Positions 14,136-25,732 of a stretch of 64,000 nucleotides of DNA are shown piece after piece (within the stretch, counting starts at the first letter, position 1; every line of letters begins with the position of its first letter). This DNA is from Chrysomallon squamiferum (taxonomy: Eukaryota > Animalia > Mollusca). Position numbers and translations under genes: made by a program. The notes under the pieces are model-generated. The model was not told where the DNA came from, ran no database searches, and saw only the letters and a program-made list of their open reading frames with translations. The stretch lies in the NCBI GenBank assembly GCA_012295275.1, contig CM022667.1:16492001-16556000 (forward strand). Reading direction: 5' to 3'.

Positions 14136-15304
14136 TATACAAAAAATACATAAAATGAACGAATCAGTGAATCTCTCGTTAGATATTAGCAAACAAGGCG
14201 ATACTGCTAATGAATGTAACATTTAAAATGAGAAAGAGGAAAAAGATGATAATGATAAAGTAAAAAAAGAGATATATTTCGAGTACCTATGGTTATCTCA
14301 AGAAATATTGTCACAAGTTTGTTTATAATGAAATTTTGCTCAAACAAAAATAATTTAAAATCATTGGTTAATCTAATTCCATTATTACTATATCGAACCT
14401 TAACTAAAGAAACTTAACGGCTCTGAAACAATAACAAAGATCATTCAGATATGACATTCTTCTGCACCACGTCTAGTAATTCTAAACAAAGATGTTAAAT
14501 ATCAGTTAATATCTTCAAATTACTTTTTATATCATTTTAGAGTAATTTCTTCCACGATATAAATGTATCTCCGAAACTGAATTGTTGTCAGTACATATAA
14601 CGTGAAACTATTTGTCACCATATCCAAAGCACTTACTTCAACAATCTTCACAAACAACCGTTTCACATTAATTAACTCAGCAATATCTATAACATCTCTC
14701 ACTGACATAATATTATCAGCATTATCTCTTGCCTTTACACAAAACATTTCTTCTGATGCCATAACATGTTTAAAACGAGTATCAAGAAATTTAAAAATAA
14801 TTTTGAAATGTGCATTTAAAAGAATAATAGTTCTGACATTTTTACGATCCGTTTTGTTACATTTTCTCTTGTAAAATTTACTAATGACGCGTTTTCACAC
14901 TATCTGTCAGAAGTACCTTTTTTCTCTTTTTATATTAATTCATATTACAACTTTATGGAATAAAATCTAGAAATTTTCTCAGAATTTAACAGAAAAGCCA
15001 CAGCCACACAATCTATATACGAAGAGATTTATTTTGATTCTCTTTTCTAAGGCATCGATTAATTCTTTAATTGTAATATCTATCTCACAGTTTTCACTTT
15101 CAGAATCCCTTATCTTCTTTGATAATAAAAATAACTATATTTTCTTACGTATGTAATATGGAATAAAATTCATAAGAATATTCTAATACATGTTCCGTAT
15201 TTCTAATTAATCCATTTTCTTTGTTTTGTTCTTTGGTAGAATTTGTTTCTTTTTGATAATTGTTCTCCAAAGTGGAGAAAATAACTAACACGAAGAAAAT
15301 ACTA

Positions 15305-15377
15305 AGCCGACGTAGGGACTCGAACCCTAGACCCTCAGATTAAAAGTCTGATGCTCTACCGACTGAGCTACGAAGGC
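15305..15377 (-). tRNA. tRNA-Lys(TTT)
   Basis: Identical to the copy at 7844. Confidence 0.88.
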
Positions 15378-16552
15378 TATACAAAAATACATAAAATGAA
15401 TGAATCAGTGAATCTCTCGTTAGATATTAGCAAACAAGGCGATACTGCTAATGAATGTAACATTTAAAATGAGAAAGAGGAAAAAGATGATAATGATAAA
15501 GTAAAAAAAGAGATATATTTCGAGTACCTATGGTTATCTCAAGAAATATTGTCACAAGTTTGTTTATAATGAAATTTTGCTCAAACAAAAATAATTTAAA
15601 ATCATTGGTTAATCTAATTCCATTATTACTATATCGAACCTTAACTAAAGAAACTTAACGGCTCTGAAACAATAACAAAGATCATTCAGATATGACATTC
15701 TTCTGCACCACGTCTAGTAATTCTAAACAAAGATGTTAAATATCAGTTAATATCTTCAAATTACTTTTATATCATTTTAGAGTAATTTCTTCCACGATAT
15801 AAATGTATCTCCGAAACTGAATTGTTGTCAGTACATATAACGTGAAACTATTTGTCACCATATCCAAAGCACTTACTTCAACAATCTTCACAAACAACCG
15901 TTTCACATTAATTAACTCAGCAATATCTATAACATCTCTCACTGACATAATATTATCAGCATTATCTCTTGCCTTTACACAAAACATTTCTTCTGATGCC
16001 ATAACATGTTTAAAACGAGTATCAAGAAATTTAAAAATAATTTTGAAATGTGCATTTAAAAGAATAATAGTTCTGACATTTTTTTTACGATCCGTTTTGT
16101 TACATTTTCTCTTGTAAAATTTACTAATGACGCGTTTTTCACACTATCTGTCAGAAGTACCTTTTTTCTCTTTTTATATTAATTCATATTACAACTTTAT
16201 GGAATAAAATCTAGAAATTTTCTCAGAATTTAACAGAAAAAACCACAGCCACACAATCTATACGAAGAGATTTATTTTGATTCTCTTTTCTAAGGCATCG
16301 ATTAATTCTTTAATTGTAATATCTATCTCACAGTTTTCACTTTCAGAATCCCTTTATCTTCTTTGATAATAAAAAATAACTATATTTTCTTACGTATGTG
16401 TAATATGGAATAAAATTCATAAGAATATTCTAATACATGTTCCGTATTTCTAATTAATCCATTTTCTTTGTTTTGTTCTTTGGTAGAATTTGTTTCTTTT
16501 TGATAATTGTTCTCCAAAGTGGAGAAAATAACTAACACGAAGAAAAATACTA

Positions 16553-16625
16553 AGCCGACGTAGGGACTCGAACCCTAGACCCTCAGATTAAAAGTCTGAT
16601 GCTCTACCGACTGAGCTACGAAGGC
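16553..16625 (-). tRNA. tRNA-Lys(TTT)
   Basis: Identical to the copy at 7844. Confidence 0.88.
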
Positions 16626-17798
16626 TATACAAAAATACATAAAATGAATGAATCAGTGAATCTCTCGTTAGATATTAGCAAACAAGGCGATACTGCTAAT
16701 GAATGTAACATTTAAAATGAGAAAGAGGAAAAAGATGATAATGATAAAGTAAAAAAAGAGATATATTTCGAGTACCTATGGTTATCTCAAGAAATATTGT
16801 CACAAGTTTGTTTATAATGAAATTTTGCTCAAACAAAAATAATTTAAAATCATTGGTTAATCTAATTCCATTATTACTATATCGAACCTTAACTAAAGAA
16901 ACTTAACGGCTCTGAAACAATAACAAAGATCATTCAGATATGACATTCTTCTGCACCACGTCTAGTAATTCTAAACAAAGATGTTAAATATCAGTTAATA
17001 TCTTCAAATTACTTTTTATATATCATTTTAGAGTAATTTCTTCCACGATATAAATGTATCTCCGAAACTGAATTGTTGTCAGTACATATAACGTGAAACT
17101 ATTTGTCACCATATCCAAAGCACTTACTTCAACAATCTTCACAAACAACCGTTTCACATTAATTAACTCAGCAATATCTATAACATCTCTCACTGACATA
17201 ATATTATCAGCATTATCTCTTGCCTTTACACAAAACATTTCTTCTGATGCCATAACATGTTTAAAACGAGTATCAAGAAATTTAAAAATAATTTTGAAAT
17301 GTGCATTTAAAAGAATAATAGTTCTGACATTTTTTACGATCCGTTTTGTTACATTTTCTCTTGTAAAATTTACTAATGACGCGTTTTTCATACTATCTGT
17401 CAGAAGTACCTTTTTCTCTTTTTATTTTAATTCATATTACAACTTTATGGAATAAAATCTAGAAATTTTCTCAGAATTTAACAGAAAAGCCACAGCCACA
17501 CAATCTATACGAAGAGATTTATTTTGATTCTCTTTTCTAAGGCATCGATTAATTCTTTAATTGTAATATCTATCTCACAGTTTTCACTTTCAGAATCCCT
17601 TATCTTCTTTGATAATAAAAAATAACTATATTTTCTTACGTATGTAATATGGAATAAAATTCATAAGAATATTCTAATACATGTTCCGTATTTCTAATTA
17701 ATCCATTTTCTTTGTTTTGTTCTTTGGTAGAATTTGTTTCTTTTTGATAATTGTTCTCCAAAGTGGAGAAAATAACTAACACGAAGAAAAAAATACTA

Positions 17799-17871
17799 AG
17801 CCGACGTAGGGACTCGAACCCTAGACCCTCAGATTAAAAGTCTGATGCTCTACCGACTGAGCTACGAAGGC
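17799..17871 (-). tRNA. tRNA-Lys(TTT)
   Basis: Identical to the copy at 7844. Confidence 0.88.
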
Positions 17872-19043
17872 TATACAAAAAAATACATAAAATGAATGAA
17901 TCAGTGAATCTCTCGTTAGATATTAGCAAACAAGGCGATACTGCTAATGAATGTAACATTTAAAATGAGAAAGAGGAAAAAGATGATAATGATAAAGTAA
18001 AAAAAGAGATATATTTCGAGTACCTATGGTTATCTCAAGAAATATTGTCACAAGTTTGTTTATAATGAAATTTTGCTCAAACAAAAATAATTTAAAATCA
18101 TTGGTTAATCTAATTCCATTATTACTATATCGAACCTTAACTAAAGAAACTTAACGGCTCTGAAACAATAACAAAGATCATTCAGATATGACATTCTTCT
18201 GCACCACGTCTAGTAATTCTAAACAAAGATGTTAAATATCAGTTAATATCTTCAAATTACTTTTTATATCATTTTAGAGTAATTTCTTCCACGATATAAA
18301 TGTATCTCCGAAACTGAATTGTTGTCAGTACATATAACGTGAAACTATTTGTCACCATATCCAAAGCACTTACTTCAACAATCTTCACAAACAACCGTTT
18401 CACATTAATTAACTCAGCAATATCTATAACATCTCTCACTGACATAATATTATCAGCATTATCTCTTGCCTTTACACAAAACATTTCTTCTGATGCCATA
18501 ACATGTTTAAAACGAGTATCAAGAAATTTAAAAATAATTTTGAAATGTGCATTTAAAAGAATAATAGTTCTGACATTTTTTACGATCCGTTTTGTTACAT
18601 TTTCTCTTGTAAAATTTACTAATGACGCGTTTTTCATACTATCTGTCAGAAGTACCTTTTTTCTCTTTTTATATTAATTCATATTACAACTTTATGGAAT
18701 AAAATCTTGAAATTTTCTCAGAATTTAACAGAAAAGCCACAGCCACACAATCTATACGAAGAGATTTATTTTGATTCTCTTTTCTAAGGCATCGATTAAT
18801 TCTTTAATTGTAATATCTATCTCACAGTTTTCACTTTCAGAATCCTTTATCTTATTTGATAATAAAAAATAACTATATTTTCTTACGTATGTAATATGGA
18901 ATAAAATTCATAAGAATATTCTAATACATGTTCCGTATTTCTAATTAATCCATTTTCTTTGTTTCGTTCTTTGGTAGAATTTGTTTCTTTTTGATAATTG
19001 TTCTCCAAAGTGGAGAAAATAACTAACAAGAAGAAAAATACTA

Positions 19044-19116
19044 AGCCGACGTAGGGACTCGAACCCTAGACCCTCAGATTAAAAGTCTGATGCTCTACCG
19101 ACTGAGCTACGAAGGC
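19044..19116 (-). tRNA. tRNA-Lys(TTT)
   Basis: Identical to the copy at 7844. Confidence 0.88.
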
Positions 19117-20285
19117 TATACAAAAATACATAAAATGAATGAATCAGTGAATCTCTCGTTAGATATTAGCAAACAAGGCGATACTGCTAATGAATGTAAC
19201 ATTTAAAATGAGAAAGAGGAAAAAGATGATAATGATAAAGTAAAAAAAGAGATATATTTCGAGTACCTATGGTTATCTCAAGAAATATTGTCACAAGTTT
19301 GTTTATAATGAAATTTTGCTCAAACAAAAAATAATTTAAAATCATTGGTTAATCTAATTCCATTATTACTATATCGAACCTTAACTAAAGAAACTTAACG
19401 GCTCTGAAACAATAACAAAGATCATTCAGATATGACATTCTTCTGCACCACGTCTAGTAATTCTAAACAAAGATGTTAAATATCAGTTAATATCTTCAAA
19501 TTACTTTTATATCATTTTAGAGTAATTTCTTCCACGATATAAATGTATCTCCGAAACTGAATTGTTGTCAGTACATATAACGTGAAACTATTTGTCACCA
19601 TATCCAAAGCACTTACTTCAACAATCTTCACAAACAACCGTTTCACATTAATTAACTCAGCAATATCTATAACATCTCTCACTGACATAATATTATCAGC
19701 ATTATCTCTTGCCTTTACACAAAACATTTCTTCTGATGCCATAACATGTTTAAAACGAGTATCAAGAAATTTAAAAATAATTTTGAAATGTGCATTTAAA
19801 AGAATAATAGTTCTGACATTTTTTACGATCCGTTTTGTTACATTTTCTCTTGTAAAATTTACTAATGACGCGTTTTTCATACTATCTGTCAGATGTACCT
19901 TTTTTCTCTTTTTATATTAATTCATATTACAACTTTATGGAATAAAATCTAGAAATTTTCTCAGAATTTAACAGAAAAGCCACAGCCACACAATCTATAC
20001 GAAGAGATTTATTTTGATTCTCTTTTCTAAGGCATCGATTAATTCTTTAATTGTAATATCTATCTCACAGTTTTCACTTTCAGAATCCCTTATCTTATTT
20101 GATAATAAAAAATAACTATATTTTCTTACGTATGTAATATGGAATAAAATTCATAAGAATATTCTAATACATGTTCCGTATTTCTAATTAATCCATTTTC
20201 TTTGTTTTGTTCTTTGGTAGAATTTGTTTCTTTTTGATAATTGTTCTCCAAATGGAGAAAATAACTAACAAGAAGAAAAATACTA

Positions 20286-20336
20286 AGCCGACGTAGGGAC
20301 TCGAACCCTAGACCCCCAGATTAAAAGGCTGATGCT
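20286..20336 (-). pseudogene. 3' part of tRNA-Lys ending in a poly(A) junction
   Basis: Truncated at ...gatgct|ttttt, the same position as at 3840. Confidence 0.85.
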
Positions 20337-20690
20337 TTTTTTTTTCTTCTATTCTCTTTTTCTCTATTCTTTCTTTTCTTTTACTTTTTCTCTGTTTTCC
20401 TTCTCTCTTTCTCTCTTTTTCTCTAATCTTCTTTTTTCTTCTTCTTCTTTTTTTTATCTAGCAGTGGTAGTAATTGTGATGTTAGTATCAGCAGTTAAGA
20501 TTAAACATAAAACTTCAATAAATTACTGTTATGTTCGTATTTGCTAACTGTTGTTTCTATTGATTACGTCATTCTTCGTTGTTAATTAGATCAGCTAAGT
20601 AACTGGCATTTGAGTACTGCCTGATTTGTTTACGATGTGTATGTAATTGACATGGCATTGAGTATTAGTGCGTGTCATAATTACTAGGAA

Positions 20691-20727
20691 TATAAGGTAG
20701 GCGCTTCTGTTTCTTCCACATTCAGTT
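20691..20727 (+). promoter_or_regulatory. TATA box and initiator/cap site of the 100-aa gene (also at 23362 and 26087)
   Basis: TATAAG at 20691; CATTCAGTT ~30 nt downstream; ATG at 20761. Confidence 0.7.
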
Positions 20728-20760
20728 TTGATTTGAATTTACAGAAAGTCATTAGAAACT

Positions 20761-21063
20761 ATGGAGAAATTCAGTCTGTACGCTGCACTCTACGAAACAG
20801 AGAATCGCTTCAGACGAGCCTGCGAGCAGATTGTCATGCTGAACACCAAGCTGGAAGAACTCCAGCTCCGATACGACAAAGCGAGAGTGGACAACCACAA
20901 ATCGTTCCGATACAACTTGCGCCTGAAAATGGCCACTGTGGAGGGTGTGCGTAATTCCTACTACGAATACGCCTGCTGGAAAGCAGAAACGGTGGCCGAA
21001 CTGAGGATGCGATTGTCAATCGTTTCGCCCGAATCGGAATCCGATGACGAATACATGCAGTAA
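20761..21063 (+). CDS. Uncharacterised 100-aa helical protein, intronless, with histone-type 3' end (copy 1)
   Basis: GC-rich open frame in an AT-rich context, TATA/Inr upstream, stem-loop downstream; heptad-like helices and acidic tail (ESESDDEYMQ); no histone-fold motifs. Confidence 0.85.
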   Translation: MEKFSLYAALYETENRFRRACEQIVMLNTKLEELQLRYDKARVDNHKSFRYNLRLKMATVEGVRNSYYEYACWKAETVAELRMRLSIVSPESESDDEYMQ

Positions 21064-21101
21064 AGTGAGCCGAAAGCACACAACTATGCCTTTGAAACGG
21101 C

Positions 21102-21138
21102 GGCTCTTTTAAGGGCCATGCAAATCACGTGAAAGTGA
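21102..21138 (+). terminator. Histone-mRNA-type 3' stem-loop + putative HDE (copy 1)
   Basis: GGCTCT-TTTA-AGGGCC at 21102-21117 (6-bp stem, 4-nt loop); GTGAAAGTGA at 21129-21138. Confidence 0.85.
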
Positions 21139-21328
21139 TTGCACACAATTGCCATATTTTCTTTGATTCTATATTATTTCATTTATTTTTTTAAAGATAC
21201 ATTTTTTCATCCCCATGTGCATATCCCTGGAAACGAATCTGTAAATAATAAATGATTTCACTGACTGAATACACAAATAAAGAACTCAAATGTATTATAA
21301 TAATAATAATAATAGTGAAAACAACAGC

Positions 21329-21367
<39 letters not shown>

Positions 21368-21861
21368 AGTAACAGTGGAATTCCCTAGAACGACAACAAA
21401 AATAACGTACGTGAACAACAACGTCTTCGAAACACTAAGCGCCGTTACTGTATTCAGTGACAATGAAATGAGGGAACGTCACTGCTTGCGTCGTGCACTC
21501 AGTGCATAAGAGAGGGCTGTGGTTTATTGGTACATGTATAAATAAGTGCGATTTTATCACGAGCAGAATAACACGGAGTTGACGTGGAGGTACGTTCTGG
21601 TCTTGATTCAGTTTCCGATTGCTGATCCGTTTAACATAGAGAATGCACATTTTAGCCGAAGACTTCCGAACGCGGTGAAATATACCGATGATTCGGAGTG
21701 CAACCACGTGATTATATCGACGTGCTTATATTTGTTTTCTCAGTAGCGAAGAAATTACAATTGGAAACAACTAATAATACCAACGACGAAAGAAGAAAGA
21801 GAACATGTTAACCTGACGCCGTAAACTTATTCACGTATACGATTATTTTCGATGTACTGTT

Positions 21862-21980
21862 GTCTACGGCCATACCACGTTGAAAACACCGGTTCTCGTC
21901 CGATCACCGAAGTTAAGCAACGTAGGGCTCGGTTAGTACTTGGATGGGTGACCGCCTGGGAACACCGAGTGCTGTAGACA
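21862..21980 (+). rRNA. 5S rRNA (copy 1)
   Basis: GTCTACGGCCATACCACGTTGAAAACACCGGTTCTCGTCCGATCACCGAAGTTAAGC...TACTTGGATGGGTGACCGCCTGGGAACACCGAGTGCTGTAGAC; paired termini; T4 at 21986. Confidence 0.97.
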
Positions 21981-22375
21981 TTACGTTTTGCTTATTTATT
22001 TTTTAATTATTAGTAGTATTATTATTGAATCTTTCAAAATATTTTCTGTTAATTATATTAGTTTCGGATAAATGTTCTAATTTATTGAGACTGCTATTAC
22101 AAACAATTGAGGACAAATATTAATCATATGAGATATGCACATCCGGAGGGGAAATAAAAAGAAAGAAAAAATAGGGATAATACTGCGGAGCTAACGCATT
22201 AGCGAACACGACGAAATAAAACACCATAATTCTAATTTTCTTTTGCAGCTTGCATTCCGACAGAGAAAACATTAACTTGCAATGAAAATAACTGTTTATC
22301 TTGTCGATTTATTTCGAAAGGATTAAATGGAAATATCAGAGCATAAAGGAAAATAACAATAATAATTGATAAAAA

Positions 22376-22490
22376 GGTAAGGTTCAGCTGTATTGTCTAG
22401 GCTGCTAACTAGTGCCTATTCTCGGATGCGATCCCACTACTACTCGACACGGAGACTTTTGCCTGCTGCGTTTCCGCCCAGTATGATCCA
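22376..22490 (-). mobile_element. Possible SINE/LINE 3'-tail fragment (also ~25100 and ~27630)
   Basis: GC-richer island (ggtaaggttcagc...ggtgcctattctcgg) resembling invertebrate SINE tails; recognised by eye only. Confidence 0.3.
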
Positions 22491-22956
22491 CATTTAAAAG
22501 AATAATAGTTCTGACATTTTTTACGGTCTGCTTTGTTACCTTTTCTCTTGTAAAATTTATTATTTACCCATTTTTCATTCTATCTGACAGATTTACCTGC
22601 TTTTTCTTTTTCTTTTTTAATTCACATTACTACTTTATGAAATATAGTCTTGAAATTTTGTAAGAATTAAACATAAAAGCCACAGCTACACAATGCATTC
22701 GAAGAGATTTATTTTGATTCTCTTTTTTTATCTCACAGTTTTCACTTTCAGAATCCCTCATCTTATTTGATAATAAAAAATATCTATATTTTCTTCTGTA
22801 TGTAATTTGGAATAAATTCATAAGAATATTCTAATACATGTTCCGTATTTCTAATCAATCCATTTTCTTTGTTTAGTTCTTTTGTAGAATTTATTTCTAT
22901 TTTTTTTAATTATTCTCCAAAGTTGAGAAAATAACTAACAAGAAGAAAAAATACTA

Positions 22957-23007
22957 AGCCGACGTAGGGACTAGAACCCTAGACCCTCAGATTAAAAGTC
23001 TGATGCT
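22957..23007 (-). pseudogene. 3' part of tRNA-Lys with poly(A) junction, B-box mutated
   Basis: actagaacc instead of actcgaacc; truncated at gatgct|tttt. Confidence 0.85.
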
Positions 23008-23431
23008 TTTTTTTTTCTTCTATTATCTTTCTCTCTTTTCTTTCTTCTCTTTTACTTTTTCTCTGTTTTCTTTCTCTCTTTCTCTCTTTTTCTCTAATCT
23101 TCTTTTTTCTTCTTCTTCTTTTTTTTATCTAACAGTGGTAGTAATTGTGATGTTAGTATCAGCAGTTAAGATTAAACATAAAACTTCAATAAATTACTGT
23201 TATGTTCGTATTTGCTAACTGTTGTTTCTATTGATTACGTCATTCTTCGTTGTTAATTAGATCAGCTAAGTAACTGGCATTTGAGTACTGCCTGATTTGT
23301 TTACGATGTGTATGTAATTGACATGGCATTGAGTATTAGTGCGTGTCATAATTACTAGGAATATAAGGTAGGCGCTTCTGTTTCTTCCACATTCAGTTTT
23401 GATTTGAATTTACAGAAAGTCATTAGAAACT

Positions 23432-23734
23432 ATGGAGAAATTCAGTCTGTACGCTGCACTCTACGAAACAGAGAATCGCTTCAGACGAGCCTGCGAGCAG
23501 ATTGTCATGCTGAACACCAAGCTGGAAGAACTCCAGCTCCGATACGACAAAAAGAGAGTGGACAACCACAAATCGCTCCGATACAACTTGCGCCTGAAAA
23601 TGGCCACTGTGGAGGGTGTGCGTAATTCCTACTACGAATACGCCTGCTGGAAAGCAGAAACGGTGGCCGAACTGAGGATGCGATTGTCAATCGTTTCGCC
23701 CGAATCGGAATCCGATGACGAATACATGCAGTAA
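23432..23734 (+). CDS. 100-aa protein, copy 2 (A41K, F49L)
   Basis: Same ORF as copy 1, with GCG>AAG and TTC>CTC. Confidence 0.85.
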   Translation: MEKFSLYAALYETENRFRRACEQIVMLNTKLEELQLRYDKKRVDNHKSLRYNLRLKMATVEGVRNSYYEYACWKAETVAELRMRLSIVSPESESDDEYMQ

Positions 23735-23772
23735 AGTGAGCCGAAAGCACACAACTATGCCTTTGAAACGGC

Positions 23773-23809
23773 GGCTCTTTTAAGGGCCATGCAAATCACG
23801 TGAAAGTGA
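23773..23809 (+). terminator. Histone-type stem-loop + putative HDE (copy 2)
   Basis: GGCTCTTTTAAGGGCC at 23773-23788. Confidence 0.85.
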
Positions 23810-23997
23810 TTGCACACAATTGCCATATTTTCTTTGATTCTATTTTATTTCATTTATTTTTTAAAGATACATTTTTTTCATCCCCATGTGCATATCCCTG
23901 GAAACGAATCTGTAAATAATAAATGATTTCACTGACTGAATACACAAATAAAGAACTCAAATGTATTATTATAATAATAATAATAGTGAAAACAACA

Positions 23998-24093
<96 letters not shown>

Positions 24094-24586
24094 GTAACAG
24101 TGGAATTCCCTACAACGACAACAAAAATAACGTACGTGAAGAACAACGTCTTCGAAACACTAAGCGCCGTTACTGTATTCAGTGACAATGAAATGAGGGA
24201 ACGTCACTGCTTGCGTCGTGCACTCAGTGCATAAGAGAGGGCTGTGGTTTATTGGTACATGTATAAATAAGTGCGATTTTATCACGAGCAGAATAACACG
24301 GAGTTGACGTGGAGGTACGTTCTGGTCTTGATTCAGTTTCCGATTGCTGATCCGTTTAACATAGAGAATGCACATTTTAGCCGAAGACTTCCGAACGCGG
24401 TGAAATATACCGATGATTCGGAGTGCAACCACGTGATTATATCGACGTGCTTATATTTGTTTTCTCAGTAGCGAAGAAATTACAATTGGAAACAACTAAT
24501 AATACCAACGACGAAAGAAGAAAGAGAACATGTTAACCTGACGCCGTAAACTTATTCACGTATACGATTATTTTCGATGTCCTGTT

Positions 24587-24705
24587 GTCTACGGCCATAC
24601 CACGTTGAAAACACCGGTTCTCGTCCGATCACCGAAGTTAAGCAACGTAGGGCTCGGTTAGTACTTGGATGGGTGACCGCCTGGGAACACCGAGTGCTGT
24701 AGACA
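24587..24705 (+). rRNA. 5S rRNA (copy 2)
   Basis: Identical to copy 1. Confidence 0.97.
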
Positions 24706-25681
24706 TTACGTTTTGCTTATTTATTTTTTAATTATTAGTAGTATTATTATTGAATCTTTCAAAATATTTTCTGTTAATTATATTAGTTTCGGATAAATGT
24801 TCTAATTTATTGAGACTGCTATTACAAACAATTGAGGACAAATATTAATCATATGAGATATGCACATCCGGAGGGGAAATAAAAAGAAAGAAAAAATAGG
24901 GATAATACTGCGGAGCTAACGCATTAGCGAACACGACGAAATAAAACACCATAATTCTAATTTTCTTTTGCAGCTTGCATTCCGACAGAGAAAACATTAA
25001 CTAGCAATGAAAATAACTGTTTATCTTGTCGATTTATTTCGAAAGGATTAAATGGAAATATCAGAGCATAAAGGAAAATAACAATAATAATTGATAAAAA
25101 GGTAAGGTTCAGCTGTATTGTCTAGGCTGCTAACTAGTGCCTATTCTCGGATGCGATCCCACTACTACTCGACACGGAGACTTTTGCCTGCTGCGTTTCA
25201 GCCCAGTATGATCCACATTTAAAAGAATAATAGTTCTGACATTTTTTACGGTCTGCTTTGTTACCTTTTCTCTTGTAAAATTTATTATTTACCCATTTTT
25301 CATTCTATCTGACAGATTTACCTGCTTTTTCTTTTTCTTTTTTAATTCACATTACTACTTTATGAAATATAGTCTTGAAATTTTGTAAGAATTAAACATA
25401 AAAGCCACAGCTACACAATGCATTCGAAGAGATTTATTTTGATTCTCTTTTTTTATCTCACAGTTTTCACTTTCAGAATCCCTCATCTTATTTGATAATA
25501 AAAAATATCTATATTTTCTTCTGTATGTAATTTGGAATAAATTCATAAGAATATTCTAATACATGTTCCGTATTTCTAATCAATCCATTTTCTTTGTTTA
25601 GTTCTTTTGTAGAATTTATTTCTATTTTTTTTAATTATTCTCCAAAGTTGAGAAAATAACTAACAAGAAGAAAAAATACTA

Positions 25682-25732
25682 AGCCGACGTAGGGACTAGA
25701 ACCCTAGACCCTCAGATTAAAAGTCTGATGCT
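25682..25732 (-). pseudogene. 3' part of tRNA-Lys with poly(A) junction
   Basis: Same as the copy at 22957. Confidence 0.85.

Larger units (their letters stand above)
7698..20336 (-). repeat. Tandem array, 10 units of ~1244 bp (tRNA-Lys + flanks + fossil Tx1 RT fragment)
   Basis: Near-identical units with tRNA starts at 7844, 9087, 10331, 11574, 12818, 14063, 15305, 16553, 17799, 19044; the repeated 122-aa ORF aligns to Tx1 RT (KARDNADNIMSVRDVIDIAEL vs KGRDIADNIMSVRDIIDIVEL). Confidence 0.97.

Noticed and set aside
20761-21063. 100-aa ORF as a histone or histone variant
   Set aside because: No H2A/H2B/H3/H4/H1 signature motifs, no basic tail, acidic C-terminus; only the cis-elements are histone-like.
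23850-24234. Poly-Thr/Val/Asn ORFs in the 2.7-kb units
   Set aside because: Translations of (AAC)n/(AGC)n microsatellites whose lengths vary among units.
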